Below, piece after piece: positions 29,480 to 37,968 of a stretch of 64,000 nt of DNA; the stretch's first letter is position 1, and every line of letters starts with the position of its first letter. Location of the stretch: contig CAWVVV010000005.1 of NCBI GenBank assembly GCA_963933835.1, positions 1 through 64,000 on the forward strand, given 5' to 3'. The notes under the pieces were generated by a model that saw only the letters and a list, made by a program, of their open reading frames with translations, ran no database searches and was not told the DNA's origin. Both the position numbers and the translations under genes were made by a program. Source of the DNA: an uncultured Puniceicoccaceae bacterium (GTDB taxonomy: Bacteria > Verrucomicrobiota > Verrucomicrobiia > Opitutales > Oceanipulchritudinaceae).

Positions 29480-30550
29480 CTAGGAGGAAAGCAGGCGCGC
29501 TTTTGAGGGTTTCCCTGTGGACTCACGCACTTCAATATTTGCGGGCAAGACGATGTCTCTAAAGGTATCAGAAGCACCGATCTCAGACTCAACGACTAGG
29601 CGCCCAGCCTCAAAACCCATCTCTTCGGGCACAGCCGCCGCACTGGTCAAAGAGGGCTCTTCATCCCAGCAGACACGGGTCATATCTATAGCTGCGATAC
29701 TGACATCTTTGCCGATAACAAGGCCTTCGTGCAAGAGACGCGTACAGACGCCTCGCGCCATACTCCCATTGCTGACGATCCAGGCCGTCGGTATCGTCTT
29801 GGAGGAAAATTCATCCAGCACTTGCTGTGCTGCTTGCTGGCCCTCGGTGCGATCAGCGCCACCGTCAATGCGAACAAAATGGCTGTCGGCATCCTTCACC
29901 CCCAGGCGTGCGAGGCTGCTCATGACCGCTTCCTTCCGCTCAAGGTAGCGCCCCATCGGTGCAGTTCCCCCGATAAAACAGAATTTGCGGTGCCCTAATT
30001 CGTACAAATGTTCCGCCAGCATATCGGCTGCCTTAAGCTCATTTGAGTTAATAGAGTGAAACACGCCGGTCGCCCTCGAACTCACGATCACAGTCGGAAG
30101 GTTCAAATCACGCACGAATGACTGAAATTCACTCCCCACTTCACCCAGCACAACGACCCCTTTGAGCGTCCGCCGAACAACCCCGAGACGCTTCTTCATT
30201 TTTGAAAGGTCATCAGCCTCGGAGCCCAGAAAGATCAAATTAAGACCGCATTCGGAAACATAGTCATGCAGCCCTTGGCTGACGTGGCTGAAAAAGTTTG
30301 TTTTTGTCGCGAGGCGGAAAGGAGCCCGCAGGAAGTAACCGACCCCCGTAGCTTTTGGCTGCTCAGTCTTAGCGAGGCTCACTTTCATGCCCTTCGGGGT
30401 ATATCCCGAAGCGACAGCGTACTCCCATATCCGCTTGAAAGTTGCTGGGGAAATCCCCTCTTCACGACCATTCAATACCATCGACACGAGGGCTTGAGAG
30501 ACCCCCAGATGCTTGGCTATCGATGCCTGACTGGTAGACGTTTTATTCAT
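29480..30550 (-). CDS. LacI family transcriptional regulator
   Basis: HTH SQASIAKHLGVSQALVSMVLNG; sugar-binding domain HLYELGHRKF, DVSIAAID, VRESTG. Confidence 0.9.
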   Translation of the reverse strand: MNKTSTSQASIAKHLGVSQALVSMVLNGREEGISPATFKRIWEYAVASGYTPKGMKVSLAKTEQPKATGVGYFLRAPFRLATKTNFFSHVSQGLHDYVSECGLNLIFLGSEADDLSKMKKRLGVVRRTLKGVVVLGEVGSEFQSFVRDLNLPTVIVSSRATGVFHSINSNELKAADMLAEHLYELGHRKFCFIGGTAPMGRYLERKEAVMSSLARLGVKDADSHFVRIDGGADRTEGQQAAQQVLDEFSSKTIPTAWIVSNGSMARGVCTRLLHEGLVIGKDVSIAAIDMTRVCWDEEPSLTSAAAVPEEMGFEAGRLVVESEIGASDTFRDIVLPANIEVRESTGKPSKARLLSS

Positions 30551-30658
30551 GATTATTAATCACTAGAATAACGCCTAATGCTCGACGGCGAGAATTTTCT
30601 CCGTCGATAAATTTTTTATGTTCTGAGTCCACGGACTGACTTTTGATAATAAATAGCG

Positions 30659-30672
30659 ATTTATAATTATAA
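30659..30672. promoter_or_regulatory. AT-rich palindrome, candidate LacI-family operator
   Basis: ATTTATAATTATAA (perfect 12-bp palindrome TTATAATTATAA); 13/14 match at 31973-31986 upstream of the PL6 remnant. Confidence 0.4.
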
Positions 30673-30737
30673 TTGATAGCTGAGGGAGGCCCCAACAAGG
30701 TTCAGAAAACTCCTACTCAACTCCTACTTACCTATCT

Positions 30738-31420
30738 ATGTTTGGCACAAACCTCTAATCTTGGGACCTCCTCGTAGTGGTCTTCTACTTTGCCTTTCAG
30801 TTAAGCCTTGGCTTGATTTTTAAGGCTTTCAGCAAAGACTCTAGCGACTATTTCAGAGCTGGCGGCAGTATCTTGTGGTGGCTTGTTGGCGCCTCCGCTT
30901 TCATGACTCAGCTCAGCGCTTGGACGTTTACTGGGGCTGCCGGGAAAGCCTATGTGGATGGCATTCTTGTCGCCGCCATTTTCTTTGGCAATGCAGTCGG
31001 ATACTTAGGCAATTACTACATTACCTCTTATCGTTTCAGGCGGCTTCGTCTGGTGACTCCGATCGAAGGCGTTCGAGATCGTTTTGGTCCAGCGAATGAA
31101 CAGGTCTTTACTTGGCTCCAGGTTCCGATGAGCGTCGTTTACGCAGGGATTTGGCTCAATGGTCTTGGAATTGTTGCCTCGAGTTTTTTTCAACGTCCCC
31201 ATCGGACTAACCATTGTGGTTGTTGGCATCGTGGTTGTTATCATGAGTGTGATCGGTGGCTCTTGGGCGATCATTGCGTCGGACTTCATGCAGACCGTGC
31301 TCCTAATGAGCATCACTCTGGTTGCAGGCTACTTAGCCTTAAGCCATCCAGCCGTGGGCGGGATATCTAGATTCATTGAAAAGATCCCAGAAAGCCACAT
31401 AAAATTCTGGCGGGCGGAGG
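30738..31420 (+). pseudogene. Sodium:solute symporter (SSS) remnant
   Basis: MFGTNL*SWDLLVVVFYF..DYFRAGG..WWLVGASAFMTQLSAWTFTGAAG..; TAA at 30756-30758, frameshift at the T7 run 31184-31190, truncated near 31420. Confidence 0.85.
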
Positions 31421-31960
31421 ACGCGGTTGTTCCGTTCCGTAGATCTGGATCCACTTCGAATTCGCCCAAATCTTCTCTATTCTATCTCCATCTTCGTCGT
31501 CATCGTCGCTGTCGACCTCCCAGAAATTGTAGTCAATGAAGGCACCCTCAGTCAGGCGACAGTGGTGGGCGTGCACATTGCCATTGTTTGATCGGAACTA
31601 GGCAATGGAGGAGCCAACCTCACGGTCGTAGTTGTCTCCATTGTAAAACAATAGTCCGGAAACCTCGATGTAGTTTCCGCCAAATTTGATCTGACTGTCG
31701 CCGCGAAACTGCGCACCTCCGGGAGTTTCAGCACGAAGCGTGACAGGGTTGCCTGCCTCTCCCGAGGCGAGCACATAAATACGCTGGTCCGTGTAAACAC
31801 CGTCTTCCCAAATAATCGCATCACCCGGCTGCACTGAGTTGTTTTGAAAGAGATCGCTCAGCTCGTCGTCCGAATTGATCAGAAAGTCCGTGGCGAAAAT
31901 AGACTGCGCAGTTAACAGCCAAGTCGCGAGGGCTCGTAAAGGGCGTGAGAGGTGGAGCAT
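31420..31960 (-). pseudogene. Polysaccharide lyase family 6 (chondroitinase B/alginate lyase-like) 5' remnant
   Basis: Signal peptide, QPGDAIIWEDGVY, GEAGNPVTLRAETPGG, YIEVSGL.F; in-frame TAG at 31598-31600 then FRS...HCRLT...IDYN...KWIQIYG(T)NNRV; truncated. Confidence 0.8.
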
Positions 31961-32066
31961 TCCAAGATTCAAATTTATAAGTATAAAAAAGTCAAACCAT
32001 GAGCTTACAAACGTTCGACAAAATGTCCGATCGAACAAACCCATTGCTTGAAGTCGAGATCACTGA

Positions 32067-32753
32067 ATGACTCGATTAAGAGCGCTCACTCACTTCCGCA
32101 ACGAACTCGTGGCAAAACTAGAAATACAACATTGGGGGACCGTCCCCTACCCCGAAGCCCTCGAACGGCAGCGGGCACTCGTCGAGAAACGAAAATCCGG
32201 CGTCATTCCCGACCAGCTCATCCTTCTTGAGCACCCCGCGGTCTACACCATCGGCGCACGCAAAGATGCCGAAAAACACCTTATCTGGAGCACGGTTAAG
32301 GCAGCAGATAGTGGCATCGATATCGTTTCAACAAATCGTGGCGGTGACATTACATACCATGGTCCAGGGCAACTCGTCGTCTACCCAATCATCGATTTAT
32401 CCGAGAAACGTGATCTCCACGCATATCTTCGCAATCTGGAGGAGGTTCTCATTCGTATCCTCGGGCGTTTCGATCTCGAAGGTGCGCGGCGCGAGGGGCT
32501 AACCGGTATCTGGTGCGAGCATCGCAAGATTGCGGCCCTCGGCGTGGCGGTAAAGAGCTGGATCACCTACCACGGTTTTTCGCTCAACGTGGATCCTGAT
32601 CTAAAGCATTTCTCAGGAATCGTTCCTTGTGGCATCGCAGAGGACGAGGGCACGGTCACATCGATGCGTGTGGAGCTGGCAGAAGCACCCGTCTGGCAAG
32701 CCGTCGAAGCCGCTGTCGTCCAGTGTTTCATGGAGGTCTTTGAGTGCGGTTAA
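32067..32753 (+). CDS. lipB: Lipoyl(octanoyl) transferase
   Basis: LLEHPAVYTIG, NRGGDITYHGPGQLVVYP, KIAALGV, HGFSLN, IVPCG; start may be GTG at 32109. Confidence 0.95.
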   Translation: MTRLRALTHFRNELVAKLEIQHWGTVPYPEALERQRALVEKRKSGVIPDQLILLEHPAVYTIGARKDAEKHLIWSTVKAADSGIDIVSTNRGGDITYHGPGQLVVYPIIDLSEKRDLHAYLRNLEEVLIRILGRFDLEGARREGLTGIWCEHRKIAALGVAVKSWITYHGFSLNVDPDLKHFSGIVPCGIAEDEGTVTSMRVELAEAPVWQAVEAAVVQCFMEVFECG

Positions 32754-32832
32754 ACCTTCAGCTGAAGGCCATCCACACAAAGTTGTATCTCAGGGGTGAC
32801 AAAGCGCCGCCCGTATGCTCTTTTCGATGTTT

Positions 32833-33717
32833 ATGAAGTCGCGTAAACCAGCATGGCTGAGAGCCAAATTACCCAGCAGCCCAGAGTTTAAGGCTGTTCT
32901 CAACCTCGTTGAAGAGAGTCAGTTGCACACCGTTTGCCAAAGCGCCCGCTGCCCGAACATGGGCGAATGCTGGTCGCGACGAACCGCCACCCTGATGATT
33001 CTGGGTAACACCTGCACGCGCGCCTGCACCTTCTGTGCGATCACGACAGGACGTCCTTCGGAGCTTGATCTAGGCGAGCCCGCTCGCGTCGCAGTGGCGA
33101 TTCAGAAGATGAACTTGAAGCATGCGGTGCTCACTTCAGTTGCCCGCGACGATCTCAAAGACGGTGGTGCCAGTGTCTGGGCGGCAACGATTCGCGCGGT
33201 TAAATACAAGAATCCGGAAACTGCGGTCGAAGTCCTCATCCCGGACTTTCGCGGGCGAGAAGATCAGCTCGATGTCGTCCTCGATGCAAAGCCCGACATC
33301 CTAAATCACAACCTCGAGACCGTTCCCCGTCTCCAGCGCTCCGTCCGCAAAACAGCCTCTTGGGAAATTTCAACTAAGACTTTGACCCACGCCAAGTCCC
33401 GTGGATTTACGACCAAAACCGGCATCATGCTCGGCCTTGGCGAAGAGGAACGCGAAATCGAAGCGACCCTCCAGCACATGGCAGCGATCAAGATCGATAT
33501 TGTCACGATCGGCCAATACCTCGCGCCTTCAACCGAGCACCGCAAAGTGCACCGTTGGGTTACGCCCGAAGAATTCGATCACTGGAAGGCCTATGGGCTC
33601 GAGCTCGGTATTGGAGTGATCGAATCTGGACCACTCGTGCGCTCAAGCTATCACGCCGATGAGCAGAGCGCCCGCTTCGTGACGAGGGATAAAGACACGG
33701 CCGCGGTCAGCGCTTAG
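32833..33717 (+). CDS. lipA: Lipoyl synthase
   Basis: CQSARCPNMGEC, CTRACTFC, HNLETV, VRSSYHA. Confidence 0.97.
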   Translation: MKSRKPAWLRAKLPSSPEFKAVLNLVEESQLHTVCQSARCPNMGECWSRRTATLMILGNTCTRACTFCAITTGRPSELDLGEPARVAVAIQKMNLKHAVLTSVARDDLKDGGASVWAATIRAVKYKNPETAVEVLIPDFRGREDQLDVVLDAKPDILNHNLETVPRLQRSVRKTASWEISTKTLTHAKSRGFTTKTGIMLGLGEEEREIEATLQHMAAIKIDIVTIGQYLAPSTEHRKVHRWVTPEEFDHWKAYGLELGIGVIESGPLVRSSYHADEQSARFVTRDKDTAAVSA

Positions 33718-34130
33718 GGCAGAAAAACTTCGCTTACAGCATCCCAGTTCTCGGCCAAAACAAGAGCCCAGATCGTAATCACATTTAGGAGCGAGATAAA
33801 GACGGCCGCGCTCGCCATGTCTTTCGAACGCTTGGCGAAGGGGTGACTATCGAGCGATACATAGTCGACAACCCATTCGATTGCGCTGTTCAGCAGCTCT
33901 GTGATCAAGACGAGTAGAACGCTCCCGATCATCAGCGCCTTACCAAGTAATCCAACTGGTAGTAGGACTGCTGCTGGCAGCATGATAGCGGCTAGAAAAA
34001 CTTCAAAACGAAAGGCCGACTCGTGCTTCAAGGCCGAACCAAAGCCTTCAGCTGAGTAAATCACCGCGCGGACTAGGCGATTCAACCCGACCCGCTTCTG
34101 CGGGGTTGGAATTTCATCATTCTCTGCCAT
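33714..34130 (-). CDS. dgkA: Diacylglycerol kinase
   Basis: YSAEG..A..HESAFRFE, ELLNSAIE.VVD, AKRSKDMASAAV. Confidence 0.92.
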   Translation of the reverse strand: MAENDEIPTPQKRVGLNRLVRAVIYSAEGFGSALKHESAFRFEVFLAAIMLPAAVLLPVGLLGKALMIGSVLLVLITELLNSAIEWVVDYVSLDSHPFAKRSKDMASAAVFISLLNVITIWALVLAENWDAVSEVFLP

Positions 34131-34985
34131 TAGAATCTATCTTTGGAAGTGAGTTGGGGAAATCAACGGTCCAAACTACAGGCCGATGATCTGAAGCAAT
34201 CCGCACCGCGGGCGAATCAAAAACAAAGCTTTCTTCAACCACAACGAGCGAGCGAGCTGCCGGCGAAGCCAAGATCATGTCGACGCGCGTGTAGCGATCT
34301 TGCTGCCCGTAGAAGTGCGTCCATTTATCACCGCGATCATCAGCGACGGGTATCAATTCTAACAGCGATTGACTATTCACCTGCCGGAAACGCCGCAGAG
34401 GCGCACTCCACGGCTCGTCATTAAAATCGCCGTCGCTTCAGCGGTTCGTCGACCGACAGATTCTGGGTCTTCCTTAAAATTCGTATAGCGGCTCTTAAGG
34501 TGAAGATTGAAAAGGCGCCAGGCACTCCCATCCGTCTCGAGCACGAGCTCCATCAGGCCGCGCTTAACCTCGGCTCGACCGTCGAGGTATTTGAAATCCG
34601 AGAGACGCTCCACATCACTCATCTTAAACGGAACACGGCTGAGCACCGCGAGATGACGATGCTCATCACTCGCCGACAGGACAGCTCGGAAATTGTAATC
34701 AAGACCCTCCACTTTCAAGTCTCGCTGCAATTCAAGAAGAAAGGGATCCGTGCCCATTTCCTGAAGTAAAACAATGTCCGCATCAATCGCTCTAAGGACT
34801 TCACGAACTGCAGCCTTTTCAGATTCCGGTTTGGGATAAGCCCTCCGATAAACACCCTCAACGACGCGGTCAGTGATGAGGTAATTCCGAACATTCTAAG
34901 AAACTACCTTCGACTTCGCGCTTCCATCTGCCAGCGCAACGAAGACTCCTAAAAGCACACTCCAGAACCACGAGCGCATCTCCAT
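34117..34985 (-). pseudogene. Secreted endonuclease/exonuclease/phosphatase (EEP) family gene, disrupted
   Basis: Signal peptide, VVS*NVRNY (TAG at 34896-34898), ADIVLLQE, NLHLKS; frameshift at 34425-34431 into GDFND...RVDMILAS...ASDHRPV. Confidence 0.85.
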
Positions 34986-36254
34986 TTATTTGGAGTAAGC
35001 GTTTAAGGCTGACTCACGCTCTAGCAATGTCGGGTGTGAGTAGTAGAAAGCACTGTAGTAAGGATGCGGCGTCAGATTGCTCAGGTTTTTTTCTGAAAGC
35101 GCCCTCAAGGCACCAATCATCGGTACTGCATCGCTATCCAATGCCTTGTAGGCAAAGTGGTCAGCTTCATACTCGTGTTTACGGGAAAGTCGATTGGTCA
35201 AAGGTGAAAGCCAAAAGGTCAGAAATCCGCTCAGCAAGCCAAAGAGAAGCAATGTCGGGCCAAGCTGTCCGGGTAACATTTCAAAACCGAAAGGAATCAC
35301 AAACCAGCTCGCTTGCGCCAGCCATCCAATAAAAGCGAAGCTTACAAAGAGAGATGCCGCAGCCAGAAGCATCGTCTTTGGAATATGACCCTTTTTGTAG
35401 TGACCGATTTCGTGCGCAAGGACTGCCTCGAGCTCCCTTTCTGAGAGCTGCTCGATCAATGTATCAAAAAGCACTATACGCCGAAAGCGCCCGAAGCCGG
35501 TGAAAAATGCATTCGAGTGTCCAGAGCGCTTACTGCCATCCATCACAAGGATGGTCTTCGCCAGGAAACCCGTCCGGTCACCCAAGCCAACTAGGCGCTC
35601 ACGCAGCCCACCTTCAGGAAGCTCTTCGAACTTATTGAACAACGGCATGATATACATCGGGTAGACGACGACCATGACGAGCTGGAAGGCAAAGAGGGTA
35701 ATGAATGCCCAGAGCCACCAGAGGGTACTCAAGCTCACTAACCAAAGCACCAGTGCGATGAGTGGGATCGCGATGAGCATCGAAAGCACCAGCCCTTTGA
35801 TTTTGTCCGTAAGCCAAAGCTGAACCGTGCTTTTGTTGAAGCCAAAGCGTTCCTCAAGACGGAACTGACCATACCATTCCCAGGGGATGCCTGGTAAGCT
35901 GAGGGCTATTCCGATCAAAAAGAGAATCGAGCTCTGCCCCCATACCCCTACTCCAAGCTGAGCTTCGAGCGCATTCCAAAGGTATACGATCGGCGCTGTG
36001 CCGCCTATCCAAGGAAAGAGCACAAGGAGAATGATGATCGCGTCATAAAGCATTTCGCAGCGACCCAAGCGGTTCTTCGCGAGCGTGTATTCGACGGACC
36101 GCGCATAGGTGGGCTCATCCATCACCCCTTGCAGGGGCTCGGGCACAGACGAGGCCGCGGCTTTCACCGACTTGGCGTTCATCAGGTCCAGCCAGTATTG
36201 GACACCGAGTTTTAAGAGGAGAAGGAGGACAAAGGTTATGAGGACAGGTTGCAT
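34986..36254 (-). CDS. M48 family (Ste24-like) zinc metallopeptidase
   Basis: FRLEERFGFNK, DGSKRSGHSNAFFTG, HEIGH, SRKHEYEAD, YSHPTLLER. Confidence 0.93.
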   Translation of the reverse strand: MQPVLITFVLLLLLKLGVQYWLDLMNAKSVKAAASSVPEPLQGVMDEPTYARSVEYTLAKNRLGRCEMLYDAIIILLVLFPWIGGTAPIVYLWNALEAQLGVGVWGQSSILFLIGIALSLPGIPWEWYGQFRLEERFGFNKSTVQLWLTDKIKGLVLSMLIAIPLIALVLWLVSLSTLWWLWAFITLFAFQLVMVVVYPMYIMPLFNKFEELPEGGLRERLVGLGDRTGFLAKTILVMDGSKRSGHSNAFFTGFGRFRRIVLFDTLIEQLSERELEAVLAHEIGHYKKGHIPKTMLLAAASLFVSFAFIGWLAQASWFVIPFGFEMLPGQLGPTLLLFGLLSGFLTFWLSPLTNRLSRKHEYEADHFAYKALDSDAVPMIGALRALSEKNLSNLTPHPYYSAFYYSHPTLLERESALNAYSK

Positions 36255-36318
36255 TGTTCAGAATCAATAAAAGTGACAAATCGCTCTCCGTCGAGCCAAC
36301 CATCGCATCTACCCGCTC

Positions 36319-36457
36319 ATCTTACTTTTACTCTTAATCTGAATCCTAATCTTTCATCGCATCTTAACTCTAGGTGCATCCTCGGAGGGAAGCGTTGGAG
36401 GCAGAGGATTTAGATTAAGAGTAGGGTTAGGATTAGGATTAAGATTAAGAGTAGGAT
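36319..36457. repeat. Intergenic inverted arrays of degenerate hexamers (YTAATC / GATTAR-GAGTAR)
   Basis: Left arm atcttacttttactcttaatctgaatcctaatct; right arm gattaagagtagggttaggattaggattaagattaagagtaggat; the arms are partly reverse-complementary. Confidence 0.75.
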
Positions 36458-36474
36458 TCGGAGGATAAAAAAGA

Positions 36475-37413
36475 CTAACCTCTCGGGTGAGCTGCCTTGT
36501 GGGCGTCTTTCAGGCGACCGAGACCGACATGGGTGTAGACTTGCGTGGTGCTCAATTGACCGTGGCCGAGCAGCTCCTGAACGACCCTCAGGTCGGCGCC
36601 CGCATTCAGCAGATGCGTCGCGAAGCTATGCCGCAGTTTATGCGGGGTGAGGTCGAGCGGTAGACCTGCGAGCTCGAGGTAGACCTTCATTCTACGCTGC
36701 ACCCAATAGGCAGTGAGGGGGGCACTGCCGCTTAGGGTGAGCACCGGATCATTTCCTCCCGTCGCTTCAGCAAAGCTCCGGATGTAGTCCTTCAGCAGTT
36801 CCTTGGCGGTCTGCCCCATCGGCGCGAGACGCTCTTTGCCTCCTTTGCCATGAATCCGTAAGACGCCCTGACTTAGATCCACATGGCGATGTGTCAGGCC
36901 GACAAGCTCACTGATGCGCAGACCTGCCCCATAAAGGAGTTCAAAAATGAGCTGATCGCGAGCAGCCTCATGCGGCGTCAGCTCACCAGCTGCCAACTTT
37001 CGGCTCGGACCCTCCAAAAAGTGTTTTACCTGCTTTTCGGTAAGAAACTTTGGCAGCGGGGTTCGAAAAGCGGGGATCGCTATGCCACGGATCGGATTCG
37101 ATTCGACCAAGCCCTGTTTCAATAGGTAGCGATAGAACGACCGCAGGGCCGACATGTGAAGATGCAGCGTGCGGCGTGACTTGCCCGCCCGTTGGGCTTC
37201 AATAATGTAAGAACGCACCCAGACCGAAGGAATCACATCGAGCGCGCCATGCCACTGATCACTCGCTCGCAGACCCGAGAAAAAATCCCTCAGTGACTGC
37301 CCATAATTGCGCAAGGTGTAAGCCGAGTAGCGGCGCTCTTTTTCAAGAAAGGCTAGAAACCGCTCGACAAGAACGATCTCTGGTAAGGTGCGCTGCTCTT
37401 CGGCGTCGGCCAC
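36475..37413 (-). CDS. xerC: Tyrosine recombinase XerC
   Basis: ERRYSAYTLRNY, LPKFL, ELLYGAGLRISEL, GKGGKER, TPHKLRHSFATHLL..GADLRVVQELLGH..LSTTQVYTH..AHPR. Confidence 0.85.
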   Translation of the reverse strand: MADAEEQRTLPEIVLVERFLAFLEKERRYSAYTLRNYGQSLRDFFSGLRASDQWHGALDVIPSVWVRSYIIEAQRAGKSRRTLHLHMSALRSFYRYLLKQGLVESNPIRGIAIPAFRTPLPKFLTEKQVKHFLEGPSRKLAAGELTPHEAARDQLIFELLYGAGLRISELVGLTHRHVDLSQGVLRIHGKGGKERLAPMGQTAKELLKDYIRSFAEATGGNDPVLTLSGSAPLTAYWVQRRMKVYLELAGLPLDLTPHKLRHSFATHLLNAGADLRVVQELLGHGQLSTTQVYTHVGLGRLKDAHKAAHPRG

Positions 37414-37958
37414 TAGCTGTCCAAGCCAAGAACTTTGCGGCCTTCATCAGAAATCATATGAGGCGTCCACTGAGGGTCCCACACGATATCGACCTCTGCG
37501 GAAGCGACCGAGGACATAGACTCGATCTTCGATTGAGCGTCACTTGCGATCGTCGGCCCCATGCCGCAACCAACCGCCGTCAGAGTCATTTTAACCGCGA
37601 CAGTGTATTGACCATTCTCCAACTCCGTCGCCTGCATGTCATAAACGAGCCCGAGGTCGACGATGTTGAGCGGTATCTCTGGATCGAAGCACTCGCGCAG
37701 GCGCGTCCAAACAAGATCATCAGAAAATGCTTCTTCAGGCGTTTCCGAGGTTTCCTCTTTCAACGAAGCCACAAAATCTGCACCGAGGGCGTCGAAGTGT
37801 TCCGGTGCGACGCGGAAGAGCCCATCCTCGCCACGCAAGGTGACAGAACCACCCAACGCCTGCATGATATCAAACTGGGCCCCTGCCGGCAAAACCACTG
37901 CATCTCCAGCGGGAATCAATACAGCTGGGCACTCCGTTTCTATGATAACTTCTTTCAT
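37413..37958 (-). CDS. sufT: Fe-S cluster assembly protein SufT (DUF59)
   Basis: QALGGSVT, CFDPEIPLNIVDLGLVY, MTLTAVGCGMG, VWDPQW. Confidence 0.9.
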   Translation of the reverse strand: MKEVIIETECPAVLIPAGDAVVLPAGAQFDIMQALGGSVTLRGEDGLFRVAPEHFDALGADFVASLKEETSETPEEAFSDDLVWTRLRECFDPEIPLNIVDLGLVYDMQATELENGQYTVAVKMTLTAVGCGMGPTIASDAQSKIESMSSVASAEVDIVWDPQWTPHMISDEGRKVLGLDS

Positions 37959-37968
37959 CGTTTCTAAA

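Noticed and set aside
31598..34898. TAG recoding suggested by in-frame TAGs in the PL6 and EEP genes
   Set aside because: Many intact genes here end in TAG, prfA is intact, and both genes carry additional frameshifts or deletions.
36413..36457. Telomere-like TTAGGG repeats or a CRISPR array
   Set aside because: The units are degenerate hexamers with no spacers, are internal to a bacterial operon region, and have no cas genes nearby.
36475..37413. Tyrosine recombinase as a prophage or island integrase
   Set aside because: It has XerC-type motifs (C-terminal AHPR), overlaps sufT in a housekeeping operon, and has no cargo, tRNA or att repeats nearby.
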